Shown: one piece after another, positions 25,204 through 35,620 of the stretch
How positions within the stretch are numbered: the stretch's first letter is position 1
Layout: each line of letters begins with the position of its first letter
Position numbers and translations under genes: made by a program
Notes under the pieces: model-generated
What the model was told of the DNA's origin: nothing
The model's database searches: none
What the model saw: the letters and a program-made list of their open reading frames with translations, nothing else
Sequence record: MN988561.1
Direction: 5' to 3' (one strand)
DNA length: 64,000 nucleotides

Positions 25204-25863
25204 ATGAAAGACATTGTCTTTAATCCTCTCCTTAAGATCTCTAGTGTGAACCGGTATTCCGGAGTTTATCTGACCAAGAATGAGTCAGTTTCAGATCACA
25301 CTACTCAAACTGGATTACTATGTATTCTAGTTGGCAACGAGATCAATAAACGTCTTGCGAAATTGAAATCCTCTGTTAGAGTGAATCTCGAGAAATTAGC
25401 CTACAAGGCTTTAATCCACGATCTCGAGGAATCCAAGACTTGTGACACTCCTAGAAATGTTAAATACTTCAATGACTTGATTTATCAAGAATTTGAGAGA
25501 AAGGGTGATGAACTATCTGAACTCTATGAATTTCCTGAGCTCTATGAGCAATGGAAAAATGCTAAGGATAAGACTCTAGAAGGGTATATTCTTAAAATCT
25601 GCGATATGATTCATGTCGTACGTAAACTAGTTGATGAAGTTGTACTTCTTGGAAATCTTAACATGCTTCAGGTAGCACTGGAGTTGAAGGATCATCTGAA
25701 GAAGACTCACGATTATATTAATAAGATTACAGATCTACCTGCTGAAGCGATTGACGTCTTTAATGAATTGACGATTTTCTCATTGGATACCGTTAACTAT
25801 ATTCTTAAGAAACATCAATCGGAGATTACAGATTATAACTTTACATCTCTGAAGAGCGCATAA
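25204..25863 (+). CDS. HD-domain 5-prime-deoxynucleotidase (YfbR-like)
   Basis: NRYSG..ESVSDH, ALIHDLEE..CDTP..VKY, KICDM. Confidence 0.8.
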   Translation: MKDIVFNPLLKISSVNRYSGVYLTKNESVSDHTTQTGLLCILVGNEINKRLAKLKSSVRVNLEKLAYKALIHDLEESKTCDTPRNVKYFNDLIYQEFERKGDELSELYEFPELYEQWKNAKDKTLEGYILKICDMIHVVRKLVDEVVLLGNLNMLQVALELKDHLKKTHDYINKITDLPAEAIDVFNELTIFSLDTVNYILKKHQSEITDYNFTSLKSA

Positions 25864-28800
25864 TGTCCTTAGAAATTGAATCCATTATTAACAAAGTTGA
25901 TCTGACTAGTGATGTTCGTGTATGTCACATGTGCCCACTAGCTGAGAAGTTTGGTGGATGTGATAATCTTGGACGAGTATCTTTTGAGATTGTAGGTCAG
26001 AATCCTAAGGTTCTACTTGTAGGTGAAGCACCTGCAGCTGAGGATCTGAAATCTGAACGACCATTCAGTAGTCAGTCTGGTTCATTCTTGAGAATGGCGA
26101 TGGCTGAAATTGGCATTAATGATTACGCTCTAGCGAATGTGATCATGTGTCAACCTAAGAGTGTAAATATCTACACTCCGACTCCTGAAGAGTCCGCTCA
26201 CTGTAAAGCACATATTCAAAGATTTGTTGAAAAGTACAAACCTGAGACAGTCATCTTGCTCGGACGAGGAGCATATGAAGTCATTCTACCAGAGAGTTAC
26301 TTCGCAGGTCAGTCAGTTACGAATGTAACCAAGAAGAAGGCTATCGAAATTGATGGTGTACGTTATGGAGCAGCATTTCATCCATCGTATATCTTCCGTA
26401 ATGGTGGTAAAGAATCACCACAGTACATCGACTTCTTGAATCGATTGAGACGACTGACTCAGAATAGTGTTGATGCAGAATTCATCGTACCGTTTAAGAT
26501 CGTTAATCTCGATCAACTAGATGAGACTCTCGAAGAGTTTGATGTCTACAAAGAACTAGGCTTCGACTATGAAGGTACCTCGCTTGATCCGTATGACGTC
26601 AATTATCAGGTTCTCGGACTTGGTATGTCATCGATGGACAAGGCAGTTTATATCGACTTTCATCGAGAGCCTACTCAAGAAGAAAAGAATAAGATATCTG
26701 ACTTCATTCGTAAGAAGCAGATGTGGGTTTATAACGTCAACTATGAAACCAAAGTTACATGGTCTAAGTTGAGTAATGATCTTATTCGATTCCACGATGC
26801 GATGACTCTTGTAAAGATCGACTGTTCTCCTGGATCACTGAAGGACAATGCTCGTAAATATCTGAATGCAGAAATCTGGGAAGAGATCGTAGGTAACTTG
26901 ACTACCTTGTTCTACGATATCTTCCAATTTATGAAGAAGATTGAGGAGAAATCTCCTAAACTATATAATGCTTGTAGACAAGCTAATATGGAGGCGATCT
27001 ATCTTCTTAAGGAAGATACTGCTGAGAAAATCACTGGTGGTAAGAAGAATCCTAAGGTTACGAGATATCGTACCAAGCAGGCAGATCATGCAGACTACAT
27101 ATCTGCTAAGATCTCTGCACTTAGAGAATTCTGCTCTGATGAAGATATCCAACGTGGATTTACTAAGTTTCCTTACGAGTGGGCAGCTGTTCCTCCGAAG
27201 ATTCTAGGTGAATACTGCTGCTACGACTCTTATTACACACTAGGTCTTAAGAATCATCTGTGGGATAAGTATAAGAGCGTTTACCAGTATTATATCACCC
27301 AAGGGTGGCTAGGCTCTACGATGGAGAGCTATGGTCTGAATTGGGATGATGATAAAGCTTCTGAGCATGAACGATTCTATCTCGTTGAAGCTACGACATG
27401 CTTGAATCAGATCATTCAGAAATTGGATTTTGGTGAGAAAACTCTTGATATTCATACAAGAGCAAGCATGATTTTCAATGACTCTAGTCTTCCTGATGCT
27501 AGGAAACTCATTGATCTGAAAGGTATCTTTAATCCAGGTACTCCAGATAAACTTAAACAGAAACCCTTCTGGGATAAGTACGTAACTGACTTTACGACTG
27601 CAATATCCATCTATCTTGTTCTCAGTGAACAGATTCTAATGTCTCCAATCATTCCTGACCAAGCGATTGAGTTAGTCGATCGTCAAGATCTCAATAAAGC
27701 TATTGAGAATTTGATGTCAGTAGATTGGACTAAGTACGATGGAGTTGATCTTAAGACTGCCAAGTCAATTCAGAAATTGATGATGGATCTTATTGGTACA
27801 CTCGATGAGAAGATCGGATGGAAGCTATATGCATTCAGAAGTGATGTTCTAGAGTGGCAATATAAAGCTCACGAAACGTACGGTGGACTAGATATCGACA
27901 ATCGTGAGACTTGGACTCCTGAGTTCGAGTTGTTATATCTTCTGAGAAGATATAAAAAGGTTGAGAAGAGTAAGAATACGTACATCAATGGTAAGGTAGG
28001 TAGAGCACGAGTATGGTTGTCGACAGTCGATGATTACCAGAAGCCTCCTGTTCGACTGAAGCGTTACTTTGATGTTATGGAAGAGAGACAGTGGAAGAAG
28101 TATGAACTTCAGCATAACGAGAGATGGATTCTTGATACAGAATTCAATGTTGCTGGTGCAAATACTAAACGATGGAAAGCAGCTATTCATACTGTTCCAT
28201 GGGGATCAGAACTCCGAGAGATCTATGCATCTCGTTGGTGGGATGGTCTGTTTATGCATTACGACTACTCTCAGGCAGAAGTTCGAATTCTAGCAGCTAT
28301 CTCTCAGGATAGAGCACTACTGGAAGCATTCGCTGATCCTGATACTGACATTCACATGTTCGTTGCATCTCGAATCTGGAAGAAAGATCCTAAGGATGTG
28401 ACTCCAGCTGAGCGTCGATATGCTAAGGTCTGCTCGTTCTCGATTTTGTACGGTAAGTCTATCGAAGGATTTGCTACTGAACATACCAAGGGTGATGTTG
28501 CAGCAGCTAAGCGTATCTTTGATGACTTCTATGCAGCATTCCCTCAAGTTAAGGAGTGGATTGAGAAACAGCATAGAGATGCGAAAGTATCTGGTAAGGT
28601 CTTTACCTTATTCGGAGATCCTCTGTATCTTGATATGTCGGACCCTAATGGTGCTATGCGTGATGCTCAAAACTGGCCAATTCAGTCCTCGAGCAGCTGT
28701 GTAGCAGGATGGGCTATCTGGATGAACTACGAGTTTTCTAGAAATAGAAACATTCCGATTCTTCCAATGGTCTTTACTCACGACTCTCACGATATGGAAT

Positions 28801-29192
28801 TCAGATGTCAACATCTATTCGAGACGATTGATACTGTTCTCGAAACTGCAGTTGATCTACCTAAGCGTAGATTTAATCTTCCGATGAAGATCGACTGGGA
28901 AATCGGTGTTAATCAGTCTGATGCAATTGAGTTCAAAGAAACATCTCGATTTGATGAAGGTCGAGGTCGTACGTATCACTTTGAATGCAATGAAAATGCA
29001 ATGATGCCTGTATTCGATCGTCTAAAGAACTACTTTGACATCGAATATGAAGTCACTTCTAGAGAGACTGAGAGAGCATCGCTGAAAGAAATGTTCGTTG
29101 CAAGACGAGCATTCTCTAAGTATCTTGGTACAGATGTAACCGTCGTAGGTGGTAACCTCAAACTAGTGAAGAAAAATGGGATAAAAATATGA
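25863..29192 (+). CDS. polA: family A DNA polymerase with N-terminal family-4 uracil-DNA glycosylase domain
   Basis: CxxC and GEAP...PF, FHPSY (UDG); FDYEGT and YCCYDS (3-5 exonuclease); DYSQAEVRILA, RRYAKVCSFSILYG, THDS (polymerase motifs A, B, C). Confidence 0.92.
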   Translation: MSLEIESIINKVDLTSDVRVCHMCPLAEKFGGCDNLGRVSFEIVGQNPKVLLVGEAPAAEDLKSERPFSSQSGSFLRMAMAEIGINDYALANVIMCQPKSVNIYTPTPEESAHCKAHIQRFVEKYKPETVILLGRGAYEVILPESYFAGQSVTNVTKKKAIEIDGVRYGAAFHPSYIFRNGGKESPQYIDFLNRLRRLTQNSVDAEFIVPFKIVNLDQLDETLEEFDVYKELGFDYEGTSLDPYDVNYQVLGLGMSSMDKAVYIDFHREPTQEEKNKISDFIRKKQMWVYNVNYETKVTWSKLSNDLIRFHDAMTLVKIDCSPGSLKDNARKYLNAEIWEEIVGNLTTLFYDIFQFMKKIEEKSPKLYNACRQANMEAIYLLKEDTAEKITGGKKNPKVTRYRTKQADHADYISAKISALREFCSDEDIQRGFTKFPYEWAAVPPKILGEYCCYDSYYTLGLKNHLWDKYKSVYQYYITQGWLGSTMESYGLNWDDDKASEHERFYLVEATTCLNQIIQKLDFGEKTLDIHTRASMIFNDSSLPDARKLIDLKGIFNPGTPDKLKQKPFWDKYVTDFTTAISIYLVLSEQILMSPIIPDQAIELVDRQDLNKAIENLMSVDWTKYDGVDLKTAKSIQKLMMDLIGTLDEKIGWKLYAFRSDVLEWQYKAHETYGGLDIDNRETWTPEFELLYLLRRYKKVEKSKNTYINGKVGRARVWLSTVDDYQKPPVRLKRYFDVMEERQWKKYELQHNERWILDTEFNVAGANTKRWKAAIHTVPWGSELREIYASRWWDGLFMHYDYSQAEVRILAAISQDRALLEAFADPDTDIHMFVASRIWKKDPKDVTPAERRYAKVCSFSILYGKSIEGFATEHTKGDVAAAKRIFDDFYAAFPQVKEWIEKQHRDAKVSGKVFTLFGDPLYLDMSDPNGAMRDAQNWPIQSSSSCVAGWAIWMNYEFSRNRNIPILPMVFTHDSHDMEFRCQHLFETIDTVLETAVDLPKRRFNLPMKIDWEIGVNQSDAIEFKETSRFDEGRGRTYHFECNENAMMPVFDRLKNYFDIEYEVTSRETERASLKEMFVARRAFSKYLGTDVTVVGGNLKLVKKNGIKI

Positions 29193-29920
29193 GTCGAGCA
29201 AAATCACTGATCGACATGATTAAAGGAACCAAGAACGAGTCTGGTGACGATGACGACGAAATCTCAAATCGTCGTCGTGGTGGTACTTGGATTGATCCTC
29301 ATCATGTTGACGCAGCATCCAAGAATCTGAAGCGTACTCAGTCATTCTACAAGAAGGCTAGTAATGCTAGCTCAGTTGAAGATCAAGAGTATTGGTTAGC
29401 TCGAGTCTTTAACAAGAATGCTGTTGCTAAGAGAATCTCCTCTGGATTCTATAACAAGGAAGCTAAGGCAGGAGTCGTAGGCGTCGATGACGTTGAAGAT
29501 CTGTCAGCATCTCTTGTTACAGGTAATCCAAGAGCATCGGGTCGTGTTACGACTAAGGATCACACACGTAATCCTGAAGAGATCTTTGCTGCTAACCAGA
29601 TCGTTAAAGCTCTCTACGATACGATTGACAAGAAGTGGCCTGGACGTCCTCAGAACAAGATGGTTCTGACATACTTCCTCAAGGTCAATAAAGCTGATCA
29701 TCTTATTAACTTTAAGCTTCCATACGATGATCGTGTGGAAGAAATCATCTCTTCTATTGAGAAATATGCTAAAGACAATAACTCCAAGATTACTTGGACT
29801 ACTCCTAAGCAGTTTCAGAATTTTTCAGGTATTGAAGACAGAATGTATGCAAAGGTCATGCAGTTCCTAGCAGATAATGCTGTAGAATTGGGTGCTCTTA
29901 TCATTCGAGGTAAGAAATAA
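29189..29920 (+). CDS. hypothetical protein (MSRA... N-terminus)
   Basis: 243 aa ORF overlapping the polA stop. Confidence 0.75.
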   Translation: MSRAKSLIDMIKGTKNESGDDDDEISNRRRGGTWIDPHHVDAASKNLKRTQSFYKKASNASSVEDQEYWLARVFNKNAVAKRISSGFYNKEAKAGVVGVDDVEDLSASLVTGNPRASGRVTTKDHTRNPEEIFAANQIVKALYDTIDKKWPGRPQNKMVLTYFLKVNKADHLINFKLPYDDRVEEIISSIEKYAKDNNSKITWTTPKQFQNFSGIEDRMYAKVMQFLADNAVELGALIIRGKK

Positions 29921-30267
29921 TGGACCAGAGAGTACTTGACGTTCTAGCTCAAGGATATATTAATCGTGAGCTTACACTACCAGCCGCTGATCTATCTAAG
30001 GCTGTTATTTATATTGTTAATTATCATGTTAGACATAAGACAAGTGGACTGGCAGATCTAAAGACTGCTTATGGTAGTCCTGAGTCTTCTAATCTGGCAG
30101 TTAGGTTCTACTCTACAGGTCTATTTAATGGTGTTGTAGATAATGATTCTAAGAGCTCAGATCTATTCTGGTCTCTATTCAATTCGATGACTACATCTCT
30201 GATGATTGAGTCCATCAATGAATCGTTAGCTGAATCCTCGAAAGAAGTTGAAGTGATCGCCGAATAA
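29920..30267 (+). CDS. hypothetical protein
   Basis: 115 aa, translationally coupled. Confidence 0.7.
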   Translation: MDQRVLDVLAQGYINRELTLPAADLSKAVIYIVNYHVRHKTSGLADLKTAYGSPESSNLAVRFYSTGLFNGVVDNDSKSSDLFWSLFNSMTTSLMIESINESLAESSKEVEVIAE

Positions 30268-30362
30268 AGGCGCTTACTTGTTGGGTAAATGGGTGCAGTT
30301 AGGCTCTTGGAGGGATTCTTATTCGGTGAGCCCTCCAAGGCTTCCAGAAAGAGGGTAATGTA

Positions 30363-31019
30363 ATGGCTAGCGATAGACAGATGAAAGGTTACATCTGGGG
30401 AGAGCAAATCCTGGATCATGCTCACATTGAGCATTATGCAAGGGCGATGAGATCCGATGATGTACGTACCGAGGAGTACTGGTACCAGGCAGTATTTCAT
30501 GGGAAGAACCACTCTAAGGTTCTTCAGTCGGAAGTCTTTCATAAGAAAATCCGCAACAACGTTACAAATAAAGTAGAAGTTGAGACTCTGGTTTCTACTT
30601 CTAACTCTGACGTCGTTAATGATGTTCTAGCAGAGGAGAGAAAGAATGAAGTAAAATATTCTCGAGTTATCGAGGATGATAAGGTCGGTAATATGTCCGA
30701 CTATCTTCCCGATGCAACTGTTGGGTTCTCAGTTATTATCAGAGAAATAGCTGACAAATGCAACGATGATGAAATCAAGGTCCTGAGCTACTTTGTATGT
30801 CAGGAACATCTGGATAATATCCTATTCGAGGGGAATTCGATTCATTCATCAAACGATCGCTTCAATCGTACGATCCTAGGTATCTGGGAAAAGAATGTGA
30901 AGAGCATCAATGATCTGAATCGATTTGTAGGTACTCGTGCTCGTGCTGATAAAGCTAGGTGGAGACTCTGCAATCTCTTGAAGAAGGAGTATCCTGAACT
31001 CTTGTCAGGAAAACGATGA
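30363..31019 (+). CDS. hypothetical protein, possibly a divergent sigma-like factor
   Basis: 218 aa with SD. The C-terminal TRARADKARWRLCNLL loosely resembles sigma region 4.2, and the gene lies just before the RNAP gene. Confidence 0.45.
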   Translation: MASDRQMKGYIWGEQILDHAHIEHYARAMRSDDVRTEEYWYQAVFHGKNHSKVLQSEVFHKKIRNNVTNKVEVETLVSTSNSDVVNDVLAEERKNEVKYSRVIEDDKVGNMSDYLPDATVGFSVIIREIADKCNDDEIKVLSYFVCQEHLDNILFEGNSIHSSNDRFNRTILGIWEKNVKSINDLNRFVGTRARADKARWRLCNLLKKEYPELLSGKR

Positions 31020-31255
31020 GTCCATCTAACAAGCCCTATGACCCAAAGTTAGACACAATCATCTACGAAAATAGACATCCTGAAACGGGTTTGTGCATCT
31101 CGGTGCATAAATACGGAAGCAGTGAACCGAAGATCAAGTTAGGTCCAAGAATCGTCGGTGACGACTCCAAACCTGTCTACTTGAAATTAGGTAGAATATC
31201 TATAAACGAGTTTTTGTGGATATCCGAGGTCCTAAAACCCTACGTTAAATCTTAG
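31016..31255 (+). CDS. small protein, possibly PC4-like ssDNA-binding
   Basis: ISVHKY..KIKLGPR..LKLGRISINEF pattern resembles the PC4 fold; weak. Confidence 0.45.
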   Translation: MSPSNKPYDPKLDTIIYENRHPETGLCISVHKYGSSEPKIKLGPRIVGDDSKPVYLKLGRISINEFLWISEVLKPYVKS

Positions 31256-31267
31256 AGGATCTAAAAC

Positions 31268-34200
31268 ATGCAACTTTCTCTGAAGCCAGTCTCTCCAGAA
31301 TCTGTACTCTTGACTTCACAAGGAGAGGTCAAGTCGTATGAGACTCTGAACTTCAAGACAGGTCTACCTGTTCGAGACGGTCTCTTGTGCCAGAAGGTAT
31401 TCGGACCGATTAGAGACTACGTATGTGAATGCGGCAAGTACGATGGTAAGAAATACCAGGGACATACTTGTGAGAAGTGCGGTGTTACGGTAGCGAGTTC
31501 ACGTGCTCGTACTGTGAGAATGGGTCATATTGATCTTCAAGTTCCCATTCTTAATCCGTTGATGATCGAGTCGATCGAATCGATTATAGGTCTCCCATCC
31601 AGAAAGATGGAGGACTTTATGAAGAACAAGATCTGCCTGAAATTTTCAGCATCTGGTACAGGTAATCTTGTTCGTAAGGACGGTACACGAGGTATCGCGT
31701 ATTTTGTAGATCCTAAGGAATCTGATCCTCGATCTCCTACTCTGCAGCATACGAAGTCGTCTCTGGTTCTTTATGAACTCTTGACGGATCTCGATATTGA
31801 AGAGACGCTCAAAGTCAATGGATCCAAGATCCTGAAGACCTATGTGCAGAAGAACTTCCCTCTTTCTAATCTCTTCATTCGTTATCTACCGGTATCTCCA
31901 GCAGGATACCGTCCAGTCACTCGTATGAGAAACTACTATTCTCAGCATCCCAAGAATGACCTTTATCAGAAGATCATTCGACGTACTCTGCGAGTGAAGG
32001 AACTGGTTAATATCAATGCAGACTCAATGATTCTTCAGGAAGAGGCAGGCATTCTGTATAAGTCTGTCGATCAACTCTTCACTGGAGGAGCTCGAGATGG
32101 CGATGGGAACCCTCTTCCTGGAACCATTGAGAAGATGATGGGTAAGAGAGGTATTCTCCGAGGAAATCTTCTCGGTAAGCGTACCGACTACTCTGGACGT
32201 TCAGTTATCACTTCAGCAGGTGATCGTGTAGAAGTGGACCAGATTGGTCTACCTCGTAAGATGGCATACATCTTGTTTCGTCCTTTCATTCTCCGTTATC
32301 TGATGACGGAGTATCTGGATCATTATACTGAAGCACTGAAGCACTACGAGAAGAAGACTGTTATCGCACTGAAGTCTCTCGAGATGGTAGCTAAGGATTA
32401 TCCGATCATCATGAATCGTGCTCCTACGCTTCATAGATACGGTGTAATGTCTTTCCGTACCAAGTTGGTAAATGGTAAGGCTATCCTCGTTCATCCGATT
32501 GTATGTTCTCCATTCAATGCAGACTTCGACGGAGATACTGTAGCTATCCACTTGCCTCTTTCAGCTAAGTCTGTTCAGGAGTGCAAAGATTATCTCATGC
32601 CTCAGAACAATCTCCTGTCTTCACTTGATGGTGATCCGATCATCAATATGTCGCACGAGATGGTTATCGGTCTTGCTATCATGTCTCGTATTAAGGATCA
32701 TGATAAGGGATTCGGTACATTCCGACGTATGGATGAGCTCGAGTATCTTCATACTGTCACCAATCCTCAGACTAGCCGTCCTACACTTGAGATCTACGAT
32801 AGAATCAAGTGGAAAGATGAACGAGGAGTGACAGAGACGTGCTATGGTCGACTTCTTCTCGAGCAGACATTCAAGACCAAGAATCTTCCGAAGGACTTCT
32901 CTAAGAAGACTATTCGTCGGATGATCAGTGATGCGTACGACAAGCTTGGACCTGATGAACTGATTAAGGTACTGGATGTAGCTACTCAGCTTTCATTCAA
33001 GTATGCTACGAACTCTGGTTTCTCAGTTTCGATTGATGATTGTAAGGTACCTTCTACGAAACCTGCTAAGATTGCGAAAGCTAGAGAGCAGGAAGCTGAG
33101 AATTATCGTCAATTCGATAACAATGAAATCAATCTTGCAGAGCGTCGAGAGAACAATATTCGTCTCTGGAACGATGTCTTTGAAGATCTTCATCACGATT
33201 GGATGAAAGAAGCAGGTGAGGACAATCCGGTAGTTCTTATGTATACTACTGGTGCTCGTGTTAGTAAGTCTCAGGTCAATCAGATCGGAGTCGCTAAGGG
33301 TCTTGTATCCAATGCACTCAATCAGATCATCGAGAAGCCTATGGTTAACTCCTTCCGTGAAGGATTGTCGACGTTTGAGTACTTTGCATCTTGCTCTGGA
33401 TCTCGTAAGTCCATGGCAGACAAGAAGAATCTGACTCCCAAGTCTGGTTATCTTACACGTCGAATGATTACTGCTAGCCGAGATTTCTTCATTAATTCAG
33501 ATGATTGTGGTACCGATAAGGGTATCATGCGTACGATGAAGTCCTCGTATGGACGTTATCGTTGCGACAATGGTGAGATGATTGGTACGAACAATAGTGA
33601 AGAACTCGTTAAGGTTCGTAGTCCGATTCATTGTGAGTCGCATGGTGGTATCTGCGTTAAGTGCTACGGTATTGATCCTGCTAAGCGTAAGATCGTCACG
33701 AAGGGGTCCAACGTAGGAGCTATTGCAGCTCACTCGTTGACTGAATCTACAACTCAGATGACGATGCGTACCTTCCATACATCTGGTGCAGTCGTTCTGA
33801 AGGATAGTCCGATGGTCATTACTGCCCAGAAGGATGGTAAGATCAGCTGGGATACTCTTCATCCTGTCTACAGCAAGATTCATGTTGTTGCAGATATGGA
33901 AGATTGGGATACACCTCTCAATGATCGATTGACGTATACAGTTCATAACAAGATGTCTCGCATTCTTGTTAAGGATGGTCAGTCTGTCAAGAAGGGTGAT
34001 CCTCTAGCGATCTACGTTGATGAAGATCTTGAGAGCGACGACGTCAGTGGATCGCTCCCTAAGATTGAATCTCTGTATGAAGGTCGAGTACCTCCGAAAG
34101 CGTACAAGTCAGTTATCTCGAAGGTAGCTGGTAAGATTGGTATTAACATCGGAGATGAAGGTCTTAAGATCTTCGTTGATGGTGAATACCAAGGTACTGC

Positions 34201-34651
34201 TCATCCTAAGACTCCGGTATTCGTTGCTCAAGGTCAGTATGTTGAAGCTGGTCAGACTCTCTCGTTTGGTTCTCCAGACGTAGTAGGTTTGTTCAAGGAG
34301 ACAAAGGATCTTGATCTCGCTTACAAGGTCTTTGAGAAGACTCTGATGGATATCTACAATAAGGAAGGTCTCCAGCCAGTACCAACTCATTCGGAGATGA
34401 TCTTCAGAGCGATGTCTAATCTGGTATACACCGAGAGTGGTCCTTATGGTCTTCGATCCCATGGAGACAAGGGTAGCATTATGCTGAAGGGTATTACTCA
34501 GATTGGTGCGAATCATCCGTCCTGGTTGAAGTCAATCGGATTCGGATGGGTAGCTCAGACGATCAGAACTTCTGCTGTGAATCTTGCTACCACGTACGAT
34601 CTTCCTACCGAACGTCTGATGTCTGGTGAATTGATTTACGAGGATAAATAA
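31268..34651 (+). CDS. rpoC: DNA-directed RNA polymerase beta-prime subunit (bacterial-type, phage-encoded)
   Basis: DGLLCQKVFGP..CECGKY..CEKCGV, RMGHI, LLGKRTDYSGRSVI, NRAPTLHR, catalytic NADFDGD, GYLTRR, QMTMRTFH. Confidence 0.95.
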   Translation: MQLSLKPVSPESVLLTSQGEVKSYETLNFKTGLPVRDGLLCQKVFGPIRDYVCECGKYDGKKYQGHTCEKCGVTVASSRARTVRMGHIDLQVPILNPLMIESIESIIGLPSRKMEDFMKNKICLKFSASGTGNLVRKDGTRGIAYFVDPKESDPRSPTLQHTKSSLVLYELLTDLDIEETLKVNGSKILKTYVQKNFPLSNLFIRYLPVSPAGYRPVTRMRNYYSQHPKNDLYQKIIRRTLRVKELVNINADSMILQEEAGILYKSVDQLFTGGARDGDGNPLPGTIEKMMGKRGILRGNLLGKRTDYSGRSVITSAGDRVEVDQIGLPRKMAYILFRPFILRYLMTEYLDHYTEALKHYEKKTVIALKSLEMVAKDYPIIMNRAPTLHRYGVMSFRTKLVNGKAILVHPIVCSPFNADFDGDTVAIHLPLSAKSVQECKDYLMPQNNLLSSLDGDPIINMSHEMVIGLAIMSRIKDHDKGFGTFRRMDELEYLHTVTNPQTSRPTLEIYDRIKWKDERGVTETCYGRLLLEQTFKTKNLPKDFSKKTIRRMISDAYDKLGPDELIKVLDVATQLSFKYATNSGFSVSIDDCKVPSTKPAKIAKAREQEAENYRQFDNNEINLAERRENNIRLWNDVFEDLHHDWMKEAGEDNPVVLMYTTGARVSKSQVNQIGVAKGLVSNALNQIIEKPMVNSFREGLSTFEYFASCSGSRKSMADKKNLTPKSGYLTRRMITASRDFFINSDDCGTDKGIMRTMKSSYGRYRCDNGEMIGTNNSEELVKVRSPIHCESHGGICVKCYGIDPAKRKIVTKGSNVGAIAAHSLTESTTQMTMRTFHTSGAVVLKDSPMVITAQKDGKISWDTLHPVYSKIHVVADMEDWDTPLNDRLTYTVHNKMSRILVKDGQSVKKGDPLAIYVDEDLESDDVSGSLPKIESLYEGRVPPKAYKSVISKVAGKIGINIGDEGLKIFVDGEYQGTAHPKTPVFVAQGQYVEAGQTLSFGSPDVVGLFKETKDLDLAYKVFEKTLMDIYNKEGLQPVPTHSEMIFRAMSNLVYTESGPYGLRSHGDKGSIMLKGITQIGANHPSWLKSIGFGWVAQTIRTSAVNLATTYDLPTERLMSGELIYEDK

Positions 34652-34654
34652 AGG

Positions 34655-34852
34655 ATGCAAGACCTATCTCAACTATGTGAAGTTGAGATGGAGAAGTTAG
34701 TTGAAATACTAATGAGATCGACTCACTTGACACTCGACGGTGTTGAGCTGAGTCGATCTCATGAATATCATAATAGCCCATCTGTCTCTACAATTAAAAC
34801 TCATAAAGTCCTTGATGACTCATACATTACAGTTAGACTGAAATATGTATAA
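34655..34852 (+). CDS. hypothetical protein
   Basis: 65 aa with AAGGA SD. Confidence 0.55.
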   Translation: MQDLSQLCEVEMEKLVEILMRSTHLTLDGVELSRSHEYHNSPSVSTIKTHKVLDDSYITVRLKYV

Positions 34853-35558
34853 CTTGCAATACGATGATGGAATTCTTAAATCAAATAGGGAGTCTCTCGT
34901 AAACATACGAGCTCCATTCTTCAAACGGATTGATCGACGATCTCGCAAGTCGTCCATCGAGAGATTAATGATCTCACCTGATACAACAAGAAATTGTAGT
35001 CAGATTAAGAGATTTCTCGTTCCGTTCAACGATAAGTACTTGTACAGCATGCATGTGACTTATCGTGACGACTTAAAGTGTCAATCTATTTATGACACTA
35101 ACAAGTCTCTCAAGCGAATCCTCCGATCTAAAATGTTAATGTCAGCTGTGAACAGGATAAATGAGTATCCTCAACTCAAAGCAGACATATTGTCTGTAAT
35201 CAAGCTTGTAGTTAATTCTTGGGAGTTTGATGGTCTTATCACAGACATTGAATGGCTCCAGGATGAAAATCTACTGGATACTGTGATATCTAAGTGGAAA
35301 CTGAAGAAGTACGAATCCTCTACAGAGCGAGGGTCAGTGATCAATCTCTTAATAAAGAGTTTTGATGGAGTTCCACTTAATCTTCTATCTCATCTAGAGA
35401 TGAAGAAAATCAGTATTGAGGATACTGACATTGAGGACGTTAAGTTTAAATGTCCTCTGATATTAATGCGATCGAATTCATCTTGTGCAGGATTCATATC
35501 TAAGTCCTTGGATAAAGGACTACCTGTGAGTCTGTTCAAGATTGATATAAAAGAGTAA
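34845..35558 (+). CDS. hypothetical protein
   Basis: 237 aa, last gene of the + strand block. Confidence 0.7.
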   Translation: MYNLQYDDGILKSNRESLVNIRAPFFKRIDRRSRKSSIERLMISPDTTRNCSQIKRFLVPFNDKYLYSMHVTYRDDLKCQSIYDTNKSLKRILRSKMLMSAVNRINEYPQLKADILSVIKLVVNSWEFDGLITDIEWLQDENLLDTVISKWKLKKYESSTERGSVINLLIKSFDGVPLNLLSHLEMKKISIEDTDIEDVKFKCPLILMRSNSSCAGFISKSLDKGLPVSLFKIDIKE

Positions 35559-35615
35559 AAATAAAGGCCACTAGGCGGGACCCTTCTCGGAGGATTCACC
35601 TAGTGGCCTATTTTT
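35557..35615. terminator. bidirectional terminator at the strand switch
   Basis: AGGCCACTAGG/CCTAGTGGCCT inverted repeat flanked by an A tract and a T tract, between convergent genes. Confidence 0.8.
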
Positions 35616-35620
35616 GTGTC

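Noticed and set aside
25204-29192. Firm call of a 2-aminoadenine (Z) genome system
   Set aside because: No purZ in the window, and YfbR-like and DatZ-like HD enzymes cannot be separated by eye; kept only as a low-weight hypothesis.
25863-34651. Introns or inteins in polA or rpoC
   Set aside because: Both ORFs are continuous, with no Hint or LAGLIDADG signatures visible.
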